Positions 25,801 to 37,118 of a DNA stretch of 64,000 nucleotides are shown here, piece after piece (within the stretch, counting starts at the first letter, position 1; each line of letters starts with the position of its first letter). This stretch comes from Lytechinus pictus (Eukaryota). The notes under the pieces were generated by a model that was not told where the DNA came from, made no database searches, and saw nothing but the letters and a program-made list of their open reading frames with translations. The DNA lies in contig NC_087252.1 of the NCBI RefSeq assembly GCF_037042905.1, positions 27,406,001-27,470,000 of the forward strand, written 5' to 3'. The position numbers and the translations under genes were made by a program.

Positions 25801-28800
25801 CTTCCATGAGCACCACACCGGTCCACATAGCATCAATGCTCTTTAGTTTGGTGAACAGGATCTTCAAACATCTAGCTGCCTCTTTCTGAAATGATTAAAA
25901 CAACGAAAACTAATGAAGAATAGTATGCGGCATTTACATAGTGCAATGTTTTATAAGCGATGAATACTATTATCCCGGCTTAATACACATCTTAAGAAAA
26001 TAAACATGCATTCTAAAATGGGAGGTGACTTACTTTGAATACAATGTAGTTGACAGAGATTGGACCAATCGCATCTCTGTGTTAGCCGGGACAAAGATCA
26101 GACAGCCTTCGTTGATTTTGAACACAATTTTTTTTATGAGTCTTTTTCATGAAATGCTTCCCAGACCAATGTGTTGATTCCCTACAAAAATGGAATCTTC
26201 ATTGTTATATTTTGTTGTCGTACTTAAATTTAGTCAGACTTAAATCATTGTCAAATACCCCCATCCATACCTCATTGAGACGGCCGACACTTGCGATGAC
26301 TCTACAAGCGGAAGCAGCTTCATTTGGGTTCTGCTTCCAGGCTTTAAGACACCTGTCTATATGCTTGACGAAGTGCTCAGCGTGTTTTAGGGATATGTTG
26401 GCCAAGGTCATGAAGCAGAAGTGTACCAGAGAAGCGTTGCAGACATCCTCGAACATCAGGTCGATATGAGGTACTAAAACCTAGGACACAGGTGGAACGG
26501 AAAAAAAGGTCACAACGATTTCTTTCGTATTACTCAAGAGAAATTTGTAACTCTACAGTGATGTTAATACACTACTCAAAAAAAGTTAAGGACCACTTTT
26601 TAATGTGTGTATACAATTTTCAAACCGGGTGTTGTATTTCTAGAAATACCCGAATATGGCTGTCTTGAATCTCCTCAAACACCCTGTAACAATTTCACAC
26701 ATGGGTGGTTTCAGTTGTTGCATGATGTCTCTCGCATTATTGCATATCCTGAAAAGTGGGCCCATTGTGAAGTGGTACAAATGTGGATTCAAATGCATTT
26801 TCTGTCTTTAGTCTCTACAATCAACAAATTGCTGACAACAGCAATGCCAAGATACAGCTGTCCAGGATGCCATCAAACACAATGAAATCAATTTCACACA
26901 TGCAGTTCTTTCATGTCTCTTGCATCATTGCAATGTGCCCGTACAAAAGTGGCTTCCAAAGCATTTTCTGTCTTTAGTCTCTACAATCAACAACTTGCTG
27001 ACAATAGCAATGCCAAGATACAGCTGTCCAGAATGCCATCAAACACAATGACATCAATTTCACACATGCAGTTCTTTCATGATGTCTCTGGCATCATTGC
27101 AGTGGGCCATAAGACAAGTGTCTTCCAAAGCATTTTCCGTCTTTAGTCTGTACAATCAACAACTTGCCTACAACAGCAATGCCAAGACACCACCTAAGTG
27201 AAACAGATGTAGCCAGAGCCCTAGGGATGCTGGAAGCTGGCCTCAGTCAGCGAAGAGTAGCCAGAATGATGGGCGTGTCACACAGTGTCATTAGCAGAGC
27301 AAATCAAAGACACCGAGAGACAGGGCTATACTCCGAGAGACCCCGCAGTGGCCGACCAGTTTCGACAACCCCTAGAGATGATCGCTACTTGACGAATCTC
27401 AGCCTCCGCAACCGCTTTCACAGTGCACGCCGCCTCAACAATGACTTCGCTGCAGCAACTGGAGTGATTGTTTCCACTCAAACAATCCGTAACCGACTTC
27501 ACAGAGCCAATATGCATGCCAGACGGCCAGCTCAGTGTGTCCCACTCACCCCTGCTCACAGAAGAATTCGTCTCAACTGGGCCCGGGAGCATGTCAGATG
27601 GACCAGACAGCAATGGCGTAGAGTTCTGTTCACAGATGAGAGCAGATTTTCCCTTGACCACAATGATGGACGTTCGAGAGTCTGGAGGCGACCAGGAGAG
27701 AGATTTGCAGACCCCTGTATTGCAGAACATGACCGTTATGGGGGAGGCAGCGATATGGTGTGGAGGCATCACCTACGCCAACCGTACTCGTCTCTACGTG
27801 GTCCCAGGGGGAGCAATGACAGGAGTGAGGTACAGGGATGCGGTCCTTGAACCTATAGTGGTGCCATTTGCAGAAAATGTGGGACAAAACATCATTTTCA
27901 TGGATGACAATGCCCGTGCCCACCGAGCTAGGGTGGTGACCGAGTTCCTTGAGGGCCAGGGGATTGAGCGTATGGAGTGGCCAGCGAGGTCCCCGGACTT
28001 AAACCCGATAGAGCACGTCTGGGACATGATGGGGAGGAGTCTCGAGCAGCTCGAAGCCCATCCACTTGGACTGCAGCAGCTGGGTGTGGCTCTGGAGGCT
28101 GCATGGGATGCACTGGACGTCAGAGACATCAATCGCCTCATCAGCTCCATGAGACAGCGCTGTGAAGCCGTTATTGCTGCAGGAGGTGGTCACACTCGTT
28201 ACTGAACTGCCTGAAAGACACTCAGACATTCGTTTTTACCACTTCATGTCGGTAGCTGATACCCCTCGGGGCCCACTTTTCAGGATGTGCAGTGATGCGA
28301 GAGACATTGTGCAACAACTGAAACCACCCATGCGTGAAATTGATTACAGCGTGTTTAAGGACATTTAGGACAGTTGTACTGAGGTATTTCCAGAAATAAA
28401 ACACCTTGTATAAAATCTTTATGTACGTTTTAAAAAGTGGTCCTTAACTTTTTTTGAGTAGTGTATATTCGTCGAAATAACTTCAACGTATACCGTATCT
28501 GACAGTTGCAATTCAGCATTATGCAAATTTATATTTGATGTCATCCTAGCTAGCCATTAGAGAGGCGAGGATGCGGACCTTCATATTTCTTGAGATGCTT
28601 CAGTGAATAAAATGTACTTGCCATAGCCGTAACAGCCAAAGATTTATGTGGTAAGTAGAACAAGAATTGCTTTAAACCTTCTCATAACGTCAAGTCCCAG
28701 TCCACAAAATGTACATTTCTGATGTTTGGTTGAAATTATGTTTGATATTTATAATTGCGAATGAAATTGACACGTCAGGCAAGGCATCGTGCTTTTGTGG

Positions 28801-31800
28801 CCATTCTGGTAGATTGTTCATATAAACATGATAGAAGGGGAAATATCTACTGCTGGCCAATGGGGTAATATATCAACTTCTGAGATGATTCATTAAATGT
28901 ATCAATCACTCATTTATATCAGATTTAACGTTTTATTTGGTGCTTTATAAGTAATATATATTACTATAATTGTCATTATCATTATTATTATAATCATTAT
29001 TCTTGTTGTTGTTATATCATCCTCAATTGCAATTAAGTCCTTAATGAATCCCATAAGCATAAGGTTAAAAAAAAGTTCCATACAATATGTAAATTTCACT
29101 ATTTCTATTGTCTTGACATTTACTTTTTTTTCTAATATAGGAGCAAAAATCTAAAGAGGCACCTTCGGTTTCTGTTTACTGACATCGTCGAGTAGCATAT
29201 ACAGTCTCCTTTTGTCGTCACTTCCCATATCTTCGAGGAGTACAACAATGCGGTCAATTCGTGAGAGAACAACTTCCGGGTTAAATCGAAAGAAGCTGTT
29301 GAGAGCCACTGTTTCGAAAAAGTGAAATCAAATAATGCAACCATTTCAAACTGTGTAAAATACGATAGTGTCGTATGACTTTCTTTGAAATACGGCTACA
29401 GGTAAGTACTTGGGTTTTTGCTATTCATAATATGTCTCAGTCCCAAGGACCAGGATCGGTTGATTGACTGTCCAGCATGGATTCGTCGCCTTGTCTTAAA
29501 ACAATGCATCAAGGATAAGCGAATGTAGTTGCAGTAAACTCTGACTTCATGAGAAAGAGTAAAGCCATGGTTCATTGTAACTTTATCATGGTAGATTTAG
29601 ATCTGGTACAGTTACATAAACTGAACCTTCTAAAATCATGAAATCCAAGCTAGGACCTTCGAAACTATCAGAGACGACCCGAAAGCGATACTCACAACCA
29701 CCGGAAGAGCCCTCGAACTTGCTGTCCAAGAAGGCATCAGCTATGGCGTCCCCAAATGGCGCCAGAAGCTCTCCGTTATCATAGATTTCCGATTGTCCAA
29801 TGGCGTTTGCCGCCACTTGTTCTAGCCCTGTGACGTCGCAACTGAGAAGTTTTACAACGAATGGCATGAGATCCTGATATGCCTTGACTTTGTCCTTTTT
29901 CTGAGGATGATATAAACATGTGAACGTTTCAATAACATTGACAGGTTTTAGGATCTACAAAAACCCTTGTCTGTGATTGGATAATATCAAATTTGTCAAT
30001 GTCTAAACTGGGTTTCAAACTTCACAAGCACACTACACCTATTCCACTCAGTCAAAGTGAACAAAATTTGGAAACAAGCTAGCTTCAATAATCTTGACTA
30101 AGCACAAGCCAATAATTAAGAGATTGGTTTAATCACAAAGAGGCTGTAGCCCCTCAAATCAATTAGTTCACAAAATGCCAAAAGAAAGACCAATAAAGTT
30201 GAGATGGGATTAAAAAAACTTACCAGTATATTAAAGTTCACAATATGCCCACCGGCATGTTTAATTGAGTGCCTCAAAAACTAAGAAGTTACAGGAAGTT
30301 AAAATTAACATTTTATTTAAACACACATATTAAGGTTTTAAACAAAAGCGTAATGCATGAATGGAATCAAGCGAAGTCAAGCGAAGAATGTACATTTGGT
30401 TAAGACTGAAACTGAGACTTTTGTGACTTTGGATTCCGGAACCAATTGCTTTGCGGGGCTACAGCTTCTTTGTTATTTAAACCAATCCCTTAATTTTTGA
30501 CATTTGCTTAATGAAGACTATTGAAACTAGCCTGTGTCAAAATTTGTTTATTTTGACTTAGTGGAATTTGTGTAGTGCGCTTGTGAAGTTTGCCAAGTTT
30601 CTTTTGGAACCCAGTTTATTACTTACCTAATGGTTCATGAAACCACTGCAGTTCACAATTCCGAATGTTCAAGTGCAAAAAACCCTTTACGACATCAGAA
30701 AGATATATAATTATCTAAACGTTTTGTATGGGCATTCAATGCAAATATTCAAAGGAAAAAGAGCAATGATTTCAGTGTCACAAAATTGCGAGGTTCGGCC
30801 CAATCTACAATTGTTATGCATTTTCCCGGTTATCATTTGCATATAATTGTGTTTGCTGTAACATTGATATCATGCATGGACTAATCAAATGCTTAACAAT
30901 TTCTTTTTTCTATTCAGTAGTAGGACTATTACCACTGAGAAGAGAAGGTTGCTTCCTCCATCCATGCTTCCTCCTTCCCACAATTACGTCTTTTAGGGAC
31001 AAAAAAGTTTTAGAATTCGAAATGATGTCTTTACCCGATAGGATGTGAATGTCATTGTAGCTTGTCCAGGGACCCGTTTCATAAAGGACTTGCAACTGTT
31101 GTAACTTTGCCATAATGGCAACTACCATGGTAACCTTGATTTTGATTGGCTGCTAAGCCCTGTTACCATGGTAGTTGCCATTATGACAAAGTTACAACTG
31201 TTGTAAGTCCTTTATGAAACAGGCTCCAGTACTGTGTGCGCCTCACCGGCGACTGACTGGAATAATCCCCAGGGAGTGGAGGATGTGCACACATTGTGTG
31301 CGGGAATTACTGATTGAATCCAATGACCGGGGTAATAGCAGATCTGTAAAGTCTTTAGACACGTCGTTCCGATGTATTAAGCGCTAGATAAAAGCGGATT
31401 GTTATTACCTTTATGATGAATCCTGAAACTATTTTTCGAAGGATATTCCCGTGAACCGATAGACCTGCAGGCTGCTCATCTCCTTCAAGTTCTTGCTCTA
31501 TACAATATTGCATGATTTTCTTTAAAGGCTCCTGGCTCGATTTTCTGAAGTGAAAGTATACACCAAAAGAAACAATATGAAAGACTACTAATCTCTGGCC
31601 AATGTCTAAACTACGAAGTATAATCGGCAACTGTACTCAGTTGCCTCAGCTATGTGAAAATGTGTTACAGATGACAAAAAACATGAAATTATGTTACAAA
31701 TTACAAATACAACTTGCAGGAGTACACACAAAATAATTAAGAATTCAAACTAGAACCGAAAGGTTGATTCTAGCTGCCAGGATTATACATTGTGCTTCCT

Positions 31801-34800
31801 GTAATCTTATGCACACAGCAAGTACTTGACTTTTATCAATATATGTGATATTTCTATTTATGATGATATGCAACAGATATTAGAGCTTGTGATGTAAATA
31901 CAATCAGTGCATACCAATTACCCCCATGCCGTTTTTGCAGGTCGACCCTGCAAGACTTTGTTTGAGGATTCAAGGATACCCGGTGGCAAAATACTGTACA
32001 TTGATCATGTGAGGGGGCGTTGGGCAAGTGTCACACGTAGATGGGCAACTTGCCAGAGGGATTTTAAAGGTCAAGTCCACCCCAGAAAACTGTTGATTTG
32101 AATAAATACAGAAAAATCTAACGAGCATAATGCTGAATATTTCATCGAAATTGGATGTAAAATAAGAAAGTTGTGATATTTTTCAAGTTTCGCTTATTTT
32201 TCATAAAACAGTTAGATGCACAACTCAGTGACATGCAAATAAAAGAGTCGATGACGTCCACCACTCACTTTTTCTTTTGTTTTTTATTGTTTCAATTATA
32301 CAATATTTCAATTTTTACCAATTTGACATTAAGGACCAACGTAACTGACCAATAAAATGTTGTAACAATGGTAATACCACATGTTCAGGGAGGAATAAAA
32401 CTTAGTTTCACAGGACAATGACGAGAAAATTAGATTATTTCATATTTTATATAATAGAATACAAAAGAAATAGTGAGTGAGTGATGTCATCAGACCTCTC
32501 ATTTGCATACCGACCAGGATGTGCATATAACTGTTTTGTGAAATTAAGCGAAACTTAAAAATGTCATAACTTTCTTATTTTACATCCGATTTTGATGAAA
32601 TTTTCAGTGTGATGCTTGTTAGATTTTTCTCTTTTTATTCAAATCAACTTGTTGTTGGAGTGGACTTGTCCTTGAACTTCGGACTCTGTGGTTCAAAGAC
32701 CAGAGACCTATCATCTGATCCGCAATACCTCTCTGGGGATCCAGGCCCCTTTACTATATAAGTACAGTTCCTACAAGCATGACAAGCAGAACAGGAGGCG
32801 GAACTTACCCTGCATTTTCTAAGATATCCCAGTCTATGACACCATTAGCTAGGTACCTGAGATCAAGATTCCCTTCAAAGTCAGTGTCATCACGGCGAAG
32901 CCATGTACAAAAAGCCTCAAAAACACCTGGTATCTGTTTTTCAGTTCCCTGAAGAGGACAAAAACATTTTGTGCCAGATTTTGGGAGTGAGTAGCGTTTC
33001 AGAAATACAATCAAACCAAACCAAAGTTATCAGACGCAAATCGAATTTTAACCATACATACCCATGCATTTGAGAATTACATTTATTTCATTAGTTGTAG
33101 ACTAAATATCTTACCTCCCACGTCATTTCAGTTGTTTCCACTATCCCAAGAGCCACCACGACGTGCATATCTGACGCACTATCAAGACACGCCTTCAGAA
33201 GGGTAAGGAAGGACCCAGCAACCTTCTTCAGAACTTTGTCTCGACTGAAAGGAAATTAAATAATGGAAAATAAACCCTTATTTTCAAAATGGCTTTGTCA
33301 TTATACGGACAATACAATGTAAGTTGTTGGTTAGCTCTACAGTTGCTATTTGATGTTTTTTTTTTCAGTGGCGTTGAAATCATCATAACGATAACAAGTG
33401 AAAGACTTCAACCGAAGCTCAAAGTAAAATTGACAATTCGAAAACCATGTTGGCTAGAAGCACAACGATGCAGAAAATGCAATCCATAATATTCCCAATG
33501 TAATGATAATCAAAAAAGAAATAAAAAGTGTAATCTGGAAATCTATTTTATTGGTCAATTTCTCTTTTTGGTCTGGTCGCGGTCTTTAAAGCAACATATA
33601 AAGTTTAGGAGACATAATGGAATCAACCTCCAAACAGGAATAAACGAAAAGAAGGCCGCTCGGATGGAGGAGAAGAGGGAAAGCAAAGTGAATTCCAAGA
33701 ACAAAAATCAAACAAATTATCTGGTTGAGGATGAGCAAGAAATATTGGACTATTTACTCCAAATATGGTTGGAAGCAAGAATGGAATACAACAGGGAAGG
33801 AGAGAGGGGGGGAGGGGGTCACAAAGATTTTAATTCTGACTTAAAATCGCACTTATATTTCACTCTGTGGAAACTCTCTTTAGTGGTCTACGAATCTCAC
33901 CTGAATGCTTCTATCATCTCCTCAATGGTTCTCTTGAGATGTTTACCCGATTCCCACCAGGACAGGTTCTTCTCCTCGCCCGACTCCATGTCTCTCTTCT
34001 CGCGATCTGTAGGTACCCAAGGAATGGGTTGTGCAAAGTCTTGGAGAATCCTTTCTATGGCACCCTCGTGGCCCTAGAAGATGAAAGAGATATCATTGGC
34101 ATAACTTAGACACCACTAAGATATATTAGGATAAGTAGTATGACAGGGAAGGGGAATTTGCCTGCCATTCTTATTTCTTTACCATTACAGTTGCTACCAA
34201 GACTATTTAAGAATATATAGGGCTTGTATGTAGAAGTGTGGGGTGAGCTTTTTATCATTGTTTTAAATAATTATAGTATCAAATCATTTTGCTTCTTTTA
34301 TTCTGTGTCCAATATTAATGCTTTGTTGGCAATAGAACTCATTCAAATTCCTGATTACTGATTATTGGTAGATATTCGAGTAAAAAAAGAATGGTGGGAA
34401 TGCTCGTATAAACTGTATAATCTGCTCTATGACTATATAAGCTTACTCGAAAGGGGAATTAATGATTAATACCTTCCATTTGATCACATTTTTCTCGTTA
34501 AATATATCCTTGGCCCTGGCCAGATACAACTCTGTCTTCTTCTTCATGCATTCCACGCATATGTCAGCCATCATTTGTTCGTGCTTATTTTTCCTAAAAA
34601 CAATGAAAAATAAGAACCATTTCTAATTAAATTTCTCTGTAAATTATTGAGCGATTCATTGAGTAGTATCCAGTAATAGTGTATGTCACAAAAGATAGGC
34701 ATACGCGAACACTTCTTACAAAGTGCAGACTGGGAGCGTTTAATCAATTTTTGTCTTCTGACATGTTTTCATCCTACTTTCCTTGATATCAGCTGAGAAG

Positions 34801-35683
34801 CAAAGTGTCCGAAATGAGATTAACAAATGCAATATAACAAAAGAATCAAGGGCCCGAGATATGACCTCATGAATACATAATTAGCACCATTGAAGTCAGT
34901 GTATTATTGGCCTGGTTCTAAATTGATGACGTCACATTTCGGTACTGTATTACTGAGATAATTTCGCAATATGTTCCACCGTGTTAGCACACTGTGAACA
35001 TAATGTGGGACACTGTTATTTCCCGTATGATGCAATCCTGGGCCCAGTCTTACAAAGAGTAACGATCGATCCAATCAGTCGTAACTCTATGGAAATCCAT
35101 CAGTGTCATAATTTTCCATACAGGAATTCAAAATGTCTTTTGTAAACAAAGGAGAACACACCAAATTGTCAAGAAATCAATGAATTTATGGATATACATT
35201 CAATATCTAGAATTTGTTTTGAACAAACATGCATTTTGTATGTTGACTTTGCTGTCCATCCATAGTTGCGTTGATCGGATCAATCACAAGTTTATGGAAA
35301 TCCATCAATGTCATAATTTTTCTTCAGGAAATTTGCTCTATTTCCTTTGAAAACAAAGAGAAGCATACTGAATTGTCAAGAAAACAGTGAATGTATTGAA
35401 TATACATAATTTCTAGAAAATATTTTGAACAAACATGTAATTTTAGATGTTGACTTTGCTGGCTTTCCATAGTTTCGATATTTCAGATGGGCCCCTGGGA
35501 TCTCTATACTCACGCCGCCTTGGCCGCATCCATCATCTCATCCCGCAGTGCATATTTCAACTCTTTGATGAACTCGCCATCGTCATCCTTCTTAATACAT
35601 TCTAAGACTCGAGGAAGATAGTCGTTCAGTTTCGATGGATTCTTCTCGATGAATTCCCTCAGTTCCTCCGGATTTTCCGCCAT
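7675..35683 (-). CDS. ARM/HEAT-like (VEPH1/Melted-N-like), coiled coil, Death, TIR, TIR, CaaX protein; about 1129 aa, 18 coding exons
   Basis: Exons: 35514-35683, 34473-34593, 33901-34073, 33115-33244, 32809-32948, 31409-31544, 29696-29900, 29163-29308, 26271-26480, 25668-25885, 24536-24767, 23470-23743, 22631-22893, 22204-22435, 21672-21778, 19524-19700, 18663-18984, 7675-7808. All introns are GT-AG with matching phases; total 3390 nt; starts MAENPEELREF and ends KKSSTCLLL*. Confidence 0.85.
8283..17647. mobile_element. 9.4-kb non-coding foldback DNA transposon, Academ-like
   Basis: Termini TAGTAGAGCGGATTAGC / GCTAATCCGCTCTACTA with a 3-bp TSD TCT. Inverted arms over 1.5 kb are built of ~390-bp repeats; an inner domain has ~180-bp repeats. 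TAG ends plus a 3-bp TSD fit Academ. Confidence 0.8.
12580..14557. mobile_element. Nested 2-kb foldback element with 8-bp TSD
   Basis: GGC...GCC ends; TSD GTCTAAAT at 12572-12579 and 14558-14565. Near-identical inverted arms of ~650 bp; centre made of TCATTATTTATAAATAATGA repeats. Confidence 0.85.
17690..18272. mobile_element. TTAA-flanked palindromic MITE (Kolobok-like)
   Basis: TTAA|AGGAGAATGAAAC...GTTTCATTCTCCT|TTAA with inverted arms. Confidence 0.8.
18663..19700 (-). CDS. TIR domain 2 (exons 19524-19700 and 18663-18984)
   Basis: VFISYQW...LGYHCWLDINQMGGGD...VVISCVTPKYALSANCRREVSL...KPIIPLLLE, a TIR_2-type signature. Confidence 0.9.
22204..22893 (-). CDS. TIR domain 1 (exons 22631-22893 and 22204-22435)
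   Basis: VFLSYQW...AGFPCWMDIGQMGGGD...VVLCMVTEKYSNSENCNKEVNLA...KPIIPVLID. Confidence 0.9.
23470..23743 (-). CDS. Death domain exon
   Basis: VSKLLNP..HDWRFLAVRLGYSGEDI...SPDPTMAILAEW....ATYAILSALEDMGRTDAAEII, a typical death-domain pattern. Confidence 0.85.
25283..25593. mobile_element. MITE, same family as 1254-2277
   Basis: GGCCCGTATTCTGAAG...CTTCAGAATACGGGCC terminal inverted repeats. Confidence 0.8.
26570..28463 (+). mobile_element. Tc1-family transposon, full length, in intron 8 of the TIR gene
   Basis: TA|CACTACTCAAAAAAAGTTAAGGACCAC...GTGGTCCTTAACTTTTTTTGAGTAGTG|TA with ~190-bp imperfect TIRs; encodes a transposase. Confidence 0.95.
27179..28205 (+). pseudogene. Tc1 DD34E transposase with one frameshift near 27760
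   Basis: HTH region, GRP motif, LFTDESRF, then a frame change at VW/GGI, then FMDDNARAH...WPARSPDLNPIEH (34 aa between D and E), ending GGHTRY*. Confidence 0.9.
30004..30618. mobile_element. Palindromic MITE
   Basis: TAAACTGGGTT...AACCCAGTTTA ends with ~150-bp inverted arms. Confidence 0.65.
31070..31227. mobile_element. Short hairpin MITE next to a SINE 3' remnant (31260-31407)
   Basis: GTTTCATAAAGGACTT...AAGTCCTTTATGAAAC inverted ends. The adjacent CCCCAGGGAGTG...GAATCCAATGACCGGGG matches the SINE at 61719-62037. Confidence 0.65.
32068..32672. mobile_element. TTAA-type MITE (AGGWCAAGTCCACC family, Kolobok-like)
   Basis: Long inverted arms; same family as 44801-45403 and 62862-63464. Confidence 0.85.
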
Positions 35684-36502
35684 GTTTGTTGATAATCACG
35701 AAAATAGGTTTGTTATAGGGCGATCACTAGCTCTGTAAAATGATAAACAGTGATTCTTGTATTTGAAGATCCTTTTGTAAAAAAAAAGTACATTTCTTAC
35801 AGGTTTTCTGACAGTTCATGTACGAGCATTAATGACATCTGCCCGCCCCCCCCCCCCAAAAAAAAAAGGGTTTACTACCGAAATACGACCGGTTACAGAT
35901 TTCTTTCGTCAGTTTATAGACATATTTTTATTTCAACCGTCAGGGAAATTACTAGCCTTTTTTTGTATTAATTGATATATGCCAATATGGGCGAATGAAC
36001 TATGGCTAAAACATGTATATAATTTATATTCAGATGCCTGGTTTGATGTGGCGTGGCAACGTCCATACACGAGCGACTTGTTGCTATTCAGTAGATATGT
36101 GTGATAAAGATCAAATTCATTTAGTTCGTTTACTCATGTCATCGCTGAATAGAAATGACTGACGTCTATTGATTCTGCATACGTGCCCTGCGAAATATTG
36201 ACGTGTTACCATGGAGATGGACGTGACGCTTTCAGCTTTCTGGATTTACCTGATATATTAACCTCGCCAGGGGGTTAGGGGCACTCCGCCGAGTCCACCC
36301 CTGCCCCCTCCACTATCCCCTCAGATCGATATATTGAATAAATAAAAACAGGAGCATCATGGTATAATGCATCTGTTCAATGAAGCATATATATATATAA
36401 TATAATCTTTTGAGTTGGCCTCATCACAATACGTTTCATACTCACACCTCAAGAGCGTTTGGTACAAGTAAACTTGTCATCACATTATATATAATATAAT
36501 AT

Positions 36503-36538
<36 letters not shown>

Positions 36539-36695
36539 ATATAAATGTGTGAAGTTATACATGTACAACAGCTTTGGCAACTCTTTTATTTAAATATTGT
36601 AAAGAAATTAATGAATAGAACAATGGTAGGCGTAGCTTAAATCAAGGTTCCCCAGAGCTATCTACCCTTTGGAAAAATTGGTGATGCCGAAAAAA

Positions 36696-36767
36696 TGTAT
36701 CTGCCGGGAATCGACCCCGGGCCCCCAGCTTTGAACGCCGGTGCCTTAACCACTAGACCACAGAGAC
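36696..36767 (-). tRNA. tRNA-like cloverleaf (Glu-like body, anticodon UCA); probably a pseudogene or repeat-derived
   Basis: GTCTCTG TG GTCT AGTGGTTA AGGC A CCGGC GTTCAAA GCTGG GGGC CCGGG GTCGATT CCCGG CAGATAC A, followed by T6. One acceptor-stem mismatch; G at positions 32 and 54. Confidence 0.55.
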
Positions 36768-37030
36768 GGGTTAATGGCTAGGGCGACCCCGATCCGATTG
36801 ACCGTCAGATAGACAGATTTTCGACACTATACCAATTATAATTTCCTTTGTCGGGTGAAGGTGGGTTTTGAACAATGACAAGCCGCCATGCCTCAGCTGG
36901 ATCAAAGCTATTGCTTTGATACAGTACACGTATGGGGGAAAGTATACAAATGTGTAAAGTTATACATGTACAACAGCATTGGCAACTCTTTTTATTCAAA
37001 TATTGTAAACAAATGGATGAAGAGAACAAT

Positions 37031-37032
<2 letters not shown>

Positions 37033-37113
<81 letters not shown>
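37033..37113. repeat. (TA)n microsatellite
   Basis: About 40 TA units. Confidence 0.95.

Positions 37114-37118
<5 letters not shown>

Noticed and set aside
27326..28229. Minus-strand ORFs over the Tc1
   Set aside because: Antisense shadows of the transposase.
36696..36767. Selenocysteine tRNA
   Set aside because: Only 72 nt with a short variable loop; lacks tRNA-Sec architecture.
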